A DNA stretch of 39,958 nucleotides. It comes from a virus (taxonomy: Duplodnaviria > Caudoviricetes). The notes under the pieces are model-generated. The model saw only the letters and a list, made by a program, of their open reading frames with translations, had not been told where the DNA came from and searched no databases. Position numbers and translations under genes: made by a program. Location: the IMG/VR virus record IMGVR_UViG_3300042906_000754, positions 1 to 39,958 of that record. One strand, written 5' to 3'. This document shows, piece after piece, positions 32,163 through 39,958 of this stretch (within the stretch, counting starts at the first letter, position 1; each line of letters opens with the position of its first letter).

Positions 32163-33995
32163 ATGGGACTTTACGGCGGCGGCGACACAACAGTAGTACA
32201 GGCACCACCTGCACCGGATTACGCCGGGTCGATGAGGGAGATTCTGACCTCTCAAGTTGAACTTGCTCCGCGGGTATACGAATCTGAAGCAAAGTATCAG
32301 CCGCTTTACAACAAACTCCAGGCTGAGCAGCAAGGGTATCTCGCCCAAGAGTCGCTGAAGCAGGCGGCTCAGATGTTTCCTCAGGTCGCGAACATTGAGG
32401 CTGCATACACCGCCGCAAACCGCGCAGCAGAGCTCTCCCAGCTTCAGCAGGCCCTGCCGCAGTATCAGCAGGCGTTTAGCGCACTTACCCCAGGCTACAC
32501 CGAGGCCATCGGAGCTGCCGGAAAACTGGCGCAGCAGTCGATGCAGGGAGCCCTGAACAGGCCCGCGTTCAACGTCTACACGAACACTGTCAGGGACCCG
32601 TACGGCACCTCTACAGCGGCAAGAATGCCTTCTTTGCCATCTCCGGCACAAAGTCTTGCCGCCACTCCCGCGGCCGCCGCAGGACAGAGAACCGCTGTCC
32701 CACAGGCTGCCCCTGGCGCTCAACCCGGTGGACTGAGGGAAACCGTTGCCGGCGGATATGTGAATGCAGTTCAGGGCTTCAACCCCATGAACGTAGCGCA
32801 GCAAGCCGGTGCTGTTCCTGACGCCGCAAACATGCGTGGTATTGCAGGGCCGGCTCTGGCCTCGAACATCCAAAATCTGGATGCAAATGCTGTTAAGGAG
32901 TACCTGCAAACCATGCCAGGCATGGAGGCTTATGCCAACACGCTTTCGGCTCAAGCCAACCAAGAACTGGCCGCCGGCAGAAGCCTGACCGCAGAAGAAC
33001 AGAGGCTTGCTGATCAGGCTGCCAGATCCGCCTACGCAGCCCGTGGCATGGCCCTTGGCCCGCAGGCTGTGGCTGCCGAGGTGCTCAACCGGGCTGACGT
33101 TGCCAACCAACGGTTCCAGCAGCGCATGGCTACCGCCCAGTCTGCCATGGGACAGGTGCAGGGCATCTACCAGCCGGCACTCCAGCAGTCCTTGCAGCGC
33201 CAGCAGCTTGGCATTGAGTACGGACTCTCCAAGCAGCAGCAGGCGTTTGCTCAGGCGCAGGCCCGTGATGCGATGGCACAGCAGATTCAGGCGCAGCGTT
33301 ACGGCCAACTCATGGGCCAACAGCAACTCGAGCAGGCCGCTCAGAACCAGGCCTACGCCCAAGCAATGGGGCGTGAAGAGTTGGGTGCTACCACACAGCA
33401 GGCAGCCTTCCAGCAGGCCCTACAGCGCGGCCAAGCTGAACAGCAGGCGTACATGGCCGGCGTTCAAGGGCAGGCGGCCGAAGCTCAGCTTGGTGCCGGA
33501 GCCCTTGGCCAGTTGCAGACGGCTCAGGCTCCAGTATTGCAGGCGTTCTACAAGCAGCCGATCTTGCAAGGGCAGACTGGTGCCTCCCAGCAGATGGGAG
33601 TGAACATGAGTCAACTTGCCGGGCCTCAGTACTTCAACCCGGAAAGCCAGACTGGTATGGGTAGCATCTACGGTGCGTACAACGCGCAGATGAACTTAGC
33701 TGGTGCTCAGGCTCAGGCAAACGCTGCAAAACAAGCCGGGAAGTCCAGTATGTTGGGTTCAATCGGCGGCGGCCTACTCACTGGAGCAGCATTAGCGTTA
33801 TGCTGGGTTGCTCGTGAAGTGTACGGAACAGAAAATCCAAAATGGACTCAATTCCGTGACTGGATGCTTGCAAATGCCAGCGACGACTTTGTGGACACCT
33901 ACATTCAGCACGGCCCAAAAATTGCAGAGTTTATTTCCGACAAGCCTGAGCTTAAAAACATGATCCGTTCTTGGATGGATTCAAAGATTTCCTAA
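32163..33995 (+). CDS. Internal virion/ejection protein with C-terminal CWVAREVYG (CFI-box-CTERM-like) domain
   Basis: Q/A-rich coiled coil, Gly-rich hydrophobic stretch, then CWVAREVYG...FRDW...Y..HG. Confidence 0.65.
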   Translation: MGLYGGGDTTVVQAPPAPDYAGSMREILTSQVELAPRVYESEAKYQPLYNKLQAEQQGYLAQESLKQAAQMFPQVANIEAAYTAANRAAELSQLQQALPQYQQAFSALTPGYTEAIGAAGKLAQQSMQGALNRPAFNVYTNTVRDPYGTSTAARMPSLPSPAQSLAATPAAAAGQRTAVPQAAPGAQPGGLRETVAGGYVNAVQGFNPMNVAQQAGAVPDAANMRGIAGPALASNIQNLDANAVKEYLQTMPGMEAYANTLSAQANQELAAGRSLTAEEQRLADQAARSAYAARGMALGPQAVAAEVLNRADVANQRFQQRMATAQSAMGQVQGIYQPALQQSLQRQQLGIEYGLSKQQQAFAQAQARDAMAQQIQAQRYGQLMGQQQLEQAAQNQAYAQAMGREELGATTQQAAFQQALQRGQAEQQAYMAGVQGQAAEAQLGAGALGQLQTAQAPVLQAFYKQPILQGQTGASQQMGVNMSQLAGPQYFNPESQTGMGSIYGAYNAQMNLAGAQAQANAAKQAGKSSMLGSIGGGLLTGAALALCWVAREVYGTENPKWTQFRDWMLANASDDFVDTYIQHGPKIAEFISDKPELKNMIRSWMDSKIS

Positions 33996-33997
33996 TT

Positions 33998-34609
33998 ATG
34001 GCAAAACCAATCAATCCCTATCAAGGTCCGGCACCGGCAGCCATGTCTCAGATGGGCCAGGGTCTCCTTGAAGTTGGCGCCAACATCGGCCGGACGTTGC
34101 AATCCGGATACGAGTCCATGGGCAGAGGCATTGCCGGTGGGATCAGCGCTGTTGCCGGGGCGTACGGTGACTACAAAAAGATGCAGTCCGGTGTGAAGGC
34201 GTCCGAAAAAGCCTACGACACCTTCAGGAGCTTTCTTGACCCTGAAGTCCAAAGGAGCATTGATACGCGAATTGAGGAGATGAACAAGGACACCGGCGTG
34301 TCGCTTCAGGACAAAGCTGCGTTCTGGGATCAGGCGAAGACTGTCATGGGTGGGGCGATCAACCAGAAGTTTGCCATCGACAAGCAGCAGCAGGAGCTCA
34401 ACGCCAAAAAGGCGATGACGGAGTATGCACAAACTCAGGAAAATTTAAGGCAGGAGGCTGAGTTCAAAAACCGCCTTGAACTTAAACAGCTAGAAGCAAA
34501 GTACAGAGCCCTTGAAAGTGGCGGTGGCGCCGTGGATTTTACTTTAATGCCGGGCGAAGAAGGTGGTGGAGCAAAATCAAGTTTGTTCAATAAAAGGTTT
34601 GGAAAATAA
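33998..34609 (+). CDS. Putative ejection protein
   Basis: Glycine-zipper-like N-terminus plus coiled coil; position in module. Confidence 0.55.
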   Translation: MAKPINPYQGPAPAAMSQMGQGLLEVGANIGRTLQSGYESMGRGIAGGISAVAGAYGDYKKMQSGVKASEKAYDTFRSFLDPEVQRSIDTRIEEMNKDTGVSLQDKAAFWDQAKTVMGGAINQKFAIDKQQQELNAKKAMTEYAQTQENLRQEAEFKNRLELKQLEAKYRALESGGGAVDFTLMPGEEGGGAKSSLFNKRFGK

Positions 34610-34610
34610 T

Positions 34611-35771
34611 ATGGACGGACAACTCCAACTTCCTCAGTCCTATGCTGGTCAAGTTCAAGCGATAAAAAGGCCATCGCCCAATCCTGAAATTGATCAGGAA
34701 ATTTCGCAGATCTATGCGCAGCAGGCAGCCCAGAGAAAGGCTTATCTGCAAGCCCAGGCTGCCGCCATCGAGCAGGAGAAGGCTCAACGTCTGGCTGCCT
34801 TTGACGACGACATCAACAAAAATCTCGACCCTACACTGTTCAATTACCCACAGGTGCAGCACGAACTCGCTCGTGAGCGTGCGTTGATTGAGATTGATGC
34901 ACTGAGAAAGTCCGGCTTGATGAAGACCTCTGGGATGAGATCCGGGCAAGGAGAGCGTGAGATGCACGCACTGGAGAAGAGCATTGAGAACAGGTACGGC
35001 AGCATCCTGAAGCCGTTTGAAGAAACGGAAGGGCACAAGGGCGCCGAGAAAAACTGGCAGCAACTTCGCGGCAAGCATGACATTCTTTCAAACCTAAACA
35101 AGCTCATTGAGGAGGCGCAGGGCATCTACCAAAAGAGTGTTGCCGCAGAGCAGGCTGGAGACTCGGAGCTAGCTGCCTCGCTCAGAAAACGAGCAACAGA
35201 CTTTTCATCTCAATCAATTGCCAAGGCACTGAACTCTGCAATCACTTCATCAGATGCGATTAGCGTTGGTGAAATGCTTACGAAGTTTCCTCAGCTTTTG
35301 ACAGCAGGCCAACAGGCCCAGCTTCAGAAGGTTGGTCCATTCAGCCCAAACATGCTTGTTGCGCGTTGGATGGATATGGACAGGGGCGAAAAGAAGGGTC
35401 TTATTAATGATTTTGTAAAAGTGTTTCAGTCTGATCCTGGCTCGTTTCTTGTGAACGCAACGGACGCCGCAAACATCTTTTCCAAGAACTACAATCAGTC
35501 CCTGAAGGAGCAGGTTATTGATGTCACCTCTCCAGGGGGCGCCAAGCGCATGGGTGCCGTCCCGATCAAGGAGATCATCAACCTTGCACCAGCGGAAGCT
35601 AAACGAAAAATCAACCCGCTAGACACTCCAAGGCCAGGCGGTCAGCAGATCTCTACTGGAGCTGCAACTTCATCTGGGGGGATTGCTCCTGAACAAGAGC
35701 AAAACGTTCTGAATAGACCGCTGGGCGGAGTCTCTTCCACGATTTTTACGATTAACCCACCGAGACGATAA
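34611..35771 (+). CDS. Putative ejection protein
   Basis: 386 aa helical ORF between ejection-type genes. Confidence 0.55.
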   Translation: MDGQLQLPQSYAGQVQAIKRPSPNPEIDQEISQIYAQQAAQRKAYLQAQAAAIEQEKAQRLAAFDDDINKNLDPTLFNYPQVQHELARERALIEIDALRKSGLMKTSGMRSGQGEREMHALEKSIENRYGSILKPFEETEGHKGAEKNWQQLRGKHDILSNLNKLIEEAQGIYQKSVAAEQAGDSELAASLRKRATDFSSQSIAKALNSAITSSDAISVGEMLTKFPQLLTAGQQAQLQKVGPFSPNMLVARWMDMDRGEKKGLINDFVKVFQSDPGSFLVNATDAANIFSKNYNQSLKEQVIDVTSPGGAKRMGAVPIKEIINLAPAEAKRKINPLDTPRPGGQQISTGAATSSGGIAPEQEQNVLNRPLGGVSSTIFTINPPRR

Positions 35772-35772
35772 C

Positions 35773-38700
35773 ATGGAACTGCAAGGCCAACCTACTGTTC
35801 GCATTCTCCCCGCTGGGTCAACGGTTACGTTGCCATATCACACCGATCCAGAGACCGGCAATGGGTATGAATTGACACTTCAGGCAGACACGCCGGAGCC
35901 TGTGTTTCAGGAGGAGGTGAATCGCCTGTTTCCAAAGACGCTGGCGTCACTTTCAAGGCAGTTGTTAGACAAAAATCCAACCGCTCCGATGCTGACAAGG
36001 GAAGAGTTCATGCAAGTCTGGAACAGTGCTCAGGCCATGGACGCTGGCAAATCCGAGAAGCAGAATCAGATCAAAGGTGGCCCAGGATTCTGGAAGCAGG
36101 GCTACGACATCATCAAGGAAGCCGTCGGCTCGATGGCAGAGGGTGCTGGGGAAACTGCCCTCGCAGGAGCAGAGGTGTTTAGTCTAGATCCGAATGCCAG
36201 ATCCACAGCCGCGGTAAAGCTCCTCAACGGCATTATGACCGGCACTGGCAGGCTTATTGACTCTGCTGCTGTTGTTGGTGCTCTGGCTTGGGACAAGATC
36301 GCCGGCGACCCATACGCAGTCTACAGCATGGGCAAGAATGCCCAGCAGTCTGAGTATCTGCGTAAAGCTCAAGGGTACGGGATGATGCCTGGATCTTCTC
36401 AGGAAGAAATTGACGCTGCCCTGAAGATTGGAAACATCATGGACATAACCATGCTTTTTCCCATGGTCTCAGCCCTTACCAAGGGACTGACCAAGGGTGG
36501 TGAGGTTGTCGCAACGCAGACCATGGAAGAGCTTTCAAAGGCCATGGCAGAGCGATCCATGGAGAGCTTGGGACGCCGCGCTGCTGGCCAGGTGCTTGAA
36601 AATGTTGGCGCTATCACCGAGAAAATTGGCTCCGTGTCTGCGATTGGAGACTCCCTTACCAAAGGCTTGCTTGGCAAAGCGACAACGGCCGGAGCCTTGG
36701 CTGCTGCCTATGTGCTTCCTGAAGAGGGGCTGTTGGGAGATGTTGGCACTGCGCTTGGAGCTTACGGCACCCTGCGAACCATGCAGACCGCTGGAGCAGG
36801 CATGAAGTGGGCCGGCAAAATCCTTGGCTCTGAAGAGCTGGCATCCAAGATTACGCAGCAAGCTCTTCGTAGCGCCGAGGTTCAGGGCGCAGAGCGCTTG
36901 GCAGTCAAGCTCGTTAAGAACATCCCTGATCCTGTAGTCCGCATGACGCGCAAGGTCATGGACGGCGCGATGATCCCGGCTGCCATCGGCGCCACCTTGA
37001 GCGGCGCACAGGAAGCCTCTGACCCGTTCAGTACTCCTCTCAGTATAGCACAGGCAAGTACGCTTGGTGGCGCTGCTGGAGCAGCCGTTGGCGGCATGAT
37101 CAGCGGTGCCGTTGGCATTGTGCCAGAGTTTACCGGCAAGGCCGCGGAACAGTCGTTCGTGCGTGAGATCCTGACCGACCTGACGACCCGCCCACAGGAG
37201 CGGTCCTTCGTCATCGGCAACCAGGATGTCCGGATCCCGGACGACATCCAAAACAGGTTGAACGTGCTCAACTCTGACACGATGACGACCCGCCAGAAGG
37301 CGTCCCTGTTTGGCATCCTCGACAGTGCAGAGCATGCCGGCGTTGAGGTGGCGTTCATTAACGATGCTACACCTCTTCCGGACGCTCTGGGCGGCTCAGG
37401 CGCCAACATGGGGAAGGGCGTTAAGTTCGTCAACGACGCCGGGCGCAAGACGATCTTTGTCAACGCTGACCAGATCAACAACACTGGCGCGATTCACGAG
37501 GTGATGCACGCCTACACCAGCGATCAGGTGGCGTCTGACTTTGTGCGAAACCTGTCTAGGGAACGCGGTGGCGAGTTGGGTGCGTTCCAAGAACTGGGCA
37601 CGATGGCTCAGCGGTACTACGACACCCAGGTGCAGACTAACCCGGAGGCCGCCGCGCAGATCAAAGCAAACATCGACCGGATGAACGATCCGCAGATTCC
37701 GCTTCAGGACCGGCTTGTGGCAGCCACCGAACTGGCGCACGAGTACATCGCTGAAGGCGTGGCACAGAGCCTTGCAGATGCCAAGCCAGAGTCCCTGCAA
37801 GACTTCCGCGGCTCTGCCATCTCGGCAATGGCAGACAGGGCTTTCCGTGGTGCTTTGGAGAAGATCTACACGGCAACCGGGATGAGCTCCGTGGGTGCAA
37901 CTCACGACCCTATCTCTGGGCACTTTTTCAAGGATGGCAAGATCATCAGCGATGCGCCGCTGGCTGACATGACCAAGAAGCTGCGCACTGCCATCAACAC
38001 CCGTGGCGAGATTCCGGTGAGTCCGGAGGCCATTCGGACTTCGTTTGGTGGAGAGATGCCGCGGGATGTCCCGTTTGTTGGCGAGACCATGCAGAATGGT
38101 GGCCGGGTGGTTGCAATCGAACCGCGGGCTACCTACGAGGACACGCATGCCAACGGCGCGTTGACCACTGAGGCGGAGAAGACTGTTTACCACAAGGCTG
38201 TGTACAACCAAGTGGCGCAGGCCATGGGTGCAACCAATGCAGATGCCGTGTCGATTCAGCAGGGCGTTTATCCTGGGAACATCAAAGAAGGCACGCCGAT
38301 CATCTACACGGACAAGCTGACTCCGCAAAACATCTCTGCGCTGTTTCAGGTCCAGACGCATCATGGCCGGCCGTTGATTGCCCCGGAGAACCGTGAGGCT
38401 GTTGCAAGGTTTGCTCAGGCCCTGAATGACGGTCATCTGGTGTCCGTGACGCACAGTGTGAATGTGGGTAAGTCCACCGGGAAGAACCGCGCCTACACCG
38501 CAAGCATTTCTCAAGTTGGTTTGCCGATGGCGTTTAGCCAGAGCAGTGGCAAAAAGGGCTCCGGACCAAAGATGGAGTTCTTCAATCTGTCGCTAGTGAA
38601 CGACATGATCAACCTGAACCGGACAAACTCCCGCACGATTGACGCTGCGCTACGGGACTTGAAGGTCAACTCGTTGGATGATGTCATTCCCTACGCCAAG

Positions 38701-39958
38701 GCATATATCGACAATCTGAGCTCAACGGGATCAGTGCCATCTGCACGGGCGCTGGCTGCCGTGGCTCCCGAAGGTGTCAGCCCAAAGAACCTGGAGTTCA
38801 TGCGCGACATGCTGCACATGTCCTCTGCCGTGCAGCCTAGGAAAGACACTGGCGAAGTTCGTATCAACCAACCGTACATGAATCCGGAGGCATTCCGGAA
38901 TGTACCCAAAACGGAATTCATGGCAGTGACTCCGCAGGGGCAGAAGTTTAAGACCACTCTGTCCCGTGAACGCACTGGCATCCAGAGCATCCGCTTGGAC
39001 GGCATCAGCGACGTGCAACTGTACCAGCCCAACGGGCAGCCGGTGCAGGTCAAAGTCAACAAGCCGGAGCTCATCAACAAGGTCCGAGCCAACTGGAGCC
39101 CGGCGACTACGCAACGCGAAAAACTGCCCAACGGTGAAACCGTCACGGACACTGCTACCGGTGAGCGGATGATCATCTTACCCAAGGGAAAGGTGAAACT
39201 GTTTGGTGCCGATGGGCAGTTGGCCGGTGTCTTCGAGGATGAAGACGCTGCTGTGCTCAAGAGCAACCAGGACAAGTTGAAGTCAGCAATGTCCAGCATT
39301 CAGGGCAATTACATCAAAGTTCCAACACAAAAAGAACTGGATGTAATGAAGGCCAATCTTCCAGAGCATTCTGCAAAAATTCAATCCTCAAAAGGAGAGT
39401 TTGGAACAACATACAAGATAGATTTGTTTGATCAAAACTCAAACAAAGCAGGGTACGCTTATGCGTATACTGATGTTGATAATTTAAATTTACTGCACAT
39501 AGAGGCAACCTACATTGATGACCCCTACAGAAGCCAAGGATATGGGCAGGCATTGTACAGAGAAATTGCAAAAATTGCCCAAGATATTGGAGTCAAAAAA
39601 TTAACATCATCTGAAACTTCAAAATCTGCTGCTATTGCAAGAAGTAAGATTTTAAAAACAAACTGGAGCGGAGAATGGGGATCTAGTGCTGAAAGTGTTG
39701 TCCCTTCTGATATTCGTTTTAGTCCAAGGGCAGCAGATTCCGCTTACGCAAAAGCAACAAAAGAAAACAATACAAAAGCAGCACAGCAAATAGTCAATGA
39801 AGCTGCAAAATTTGCCGGATATACCATCGGACCTGTGTTTCATGGCACATCAAAAGAATTCAATGTCTTTAAGCCAAACGCAGCGCAAGGCTGGGGAGAA
39901 GGAGTTTACTTTGCTTCAGACAAACCTGTTGCAAAAGAGTTTGGAGGCAGAGTCGTTT
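35773..39958 (+). CDS. Giant polyvalent/ejection protein, N-terminal part (about 1,909 aa in total with 1-1671): Gly/Ala-rich region, HExxH metallopeptidase-like motif, GNAT domain, start of ART domain
   Basis: ATG 35773, frame stays open to the window end (hence missing from the ORF track). HEVMH at 37495-37509; YIDDPYRSQGYGQALY at about 39510-39560. Confidence 0.85.
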   Translation, partial: MELQGQPTVRILPAGSTVTLPYHTDPETGNGYELTLQADTPEPVFQEEVNRLFPKTLASLSRQLLDKNPTAPMLTREEFMQVWNSAQAMDAGKSEKQNQIKGGPGFWKQGYDIIKEAVGSMAEGAGETALAGAEVFSLDPNARSTAAVKLLNGIMTGTGRLIDSAAVVGALAWDKIAGDPYAVYSMGKNAQQSEYLRKAQGYGMMPGSSQEEIDAALKIGNIMDITMLFPMVSALTKGLTKGGEVVATQTMEELSKAMAERSMESLGRRAAGQVLENVGAITEKIGSVSAIGDSLTKGLLGKATTAGALAAAYVLPEEGLLGDVGTALGAYGTLRTMQTAGAGMKWAGKILGSEELASKITQQALRSAEVQGAERLAVKLVKNIPDPVVRMTRKVMDGAMIPAAIGATLSGAQEASDPFSTPLSIAQASTLGGAAGAAVGGMISGAVGIVPEFTGKAAEQSFVREILTDLTTRPQERSFVIGNQDVRIPDDIQNRLNVLNSDTMTTRQKASLFGILDSAEHAGVEVAFINDATPLPDALGGSGANMGKGVKFVNDAGRKTIFVNADQINNTGAIHEVMHAYTSDQVASDFVRNLSRERGGELGAFQELGTMAQRYYDTQVQTNPEAAAQIKANIDRMNDPQIPLQDRLVAATELAHEYIAEGVAQSLADAKPESLQDFRGSAISAMADRAFRGALEKIYTATGMSSVGATHDPISGHFFKDGKIISDAPLADMTKKLRTAINTRGEIPVSPEAIRTSFGGEMPRDVPFVGETMQNGGRVVAIEPRATYEDTHANGALTTEAEKTVYHKAVYNQVAQAMGATNADAVSIQQGVYPGNIKEGTPIIYTDKLTPQNISALFQVQTHHGRPLIAPENREAVARFAQALNDGHLVSVTHSVNVGKSTGKNRAYTASISQVGLPMAFSQSSGKKGSGPKMEFFNLSLVNDMINLNRTNSRTIDAALRDLKVNSLDDVIPYAKAYIDNLSSTGSVPSARALAAVAPEGVSPKNLEFMRDMLHMSSAVQPRKDTGEVRINQPYMNPEAFRNVPKTEFMAVTPQGQKFKTTLSRERTGIQSIRLDGISDVQLYQPNGQPVQVKVNKPELINKVRANWSPATTQREKLPNGETVTDTATGERMIILPKGKVKLFGADGQLAGVFEDEDAAVLKSNQDKLKSAMSSIQGNYIKVPTQKELDVMKANLPEHSAKIQSSKGEFGTTYKIDLFDQNSNKAGYAYAYTDVDNLNLLHIEATYIDDPYRSQGYGQALYREIAKIAQDIGVKKLTSSETSKSAAIARSKILKTNWSGEWGSSAESVVPSDIRFSPRAADSAYAKATKENNTKAAQQIVNEAAKFAGYTIGPVFHGTSKEFNVFKPNAAQGWGEGVYFASDKPVAKEFGGRVV
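39832..39958. repeat. Terminal direct repeat (127 bp, copy 2)
   Basis: Identical to 1-127. Confidence 0.95.

Overview
This looks like a complete, circularly assembled genome of a GC-rich tailed dsDNA phage with podovirus-like organisation. Positions 1-127 are repeated at 39832-39958, giving a 39,831 bp unit. Every credible gene is on the + strand. Order: (1) 1.9-11.6 kb replication/recombination operon with OB-fold SSB, Hjc-like resolvase, initiator-like protein, a DnaB helicase split into two genes about 2.4 kb apart, dNMP kinase, RecE-like exonuclease, HTH proteins, a TerS candidate and a C5 DNA methyltransferase encoded in two overlapping frames. (2) 11.6-15.1 kb gene-poor control region with terminators, AAATTC and TGCA repeat tracts, sigma28-like promoters, a GP88-like gene, a possible packaging site and two structured RNA candidates. 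(3) 15.1-31.7 kb TerL, portal, scaffold, major capsid, an ncRNA cluster ending in tRNA-Met(CAU), adaptor, two fibres, holins, GH108 endolysin and nozzle. (4) 32.2 kb across the junction to 1671: ejection-type proteins ending in a roughly 1,909-aa polyvalent protein with HExxH, GNAT and ADP-ribosyltransferase-like modules. I recognised no integrase, repressor, DNA polymerase or RNA polymerase. The best leads are a four-copy covarying RNA motif (three copies abutting the tRNA), the split DnaB whose halves could rejoin in frame at a short repeat, and three identically spaced sigma28-type promoters. All family calls come from motif recognition by eye; no searches or folding programs were run.
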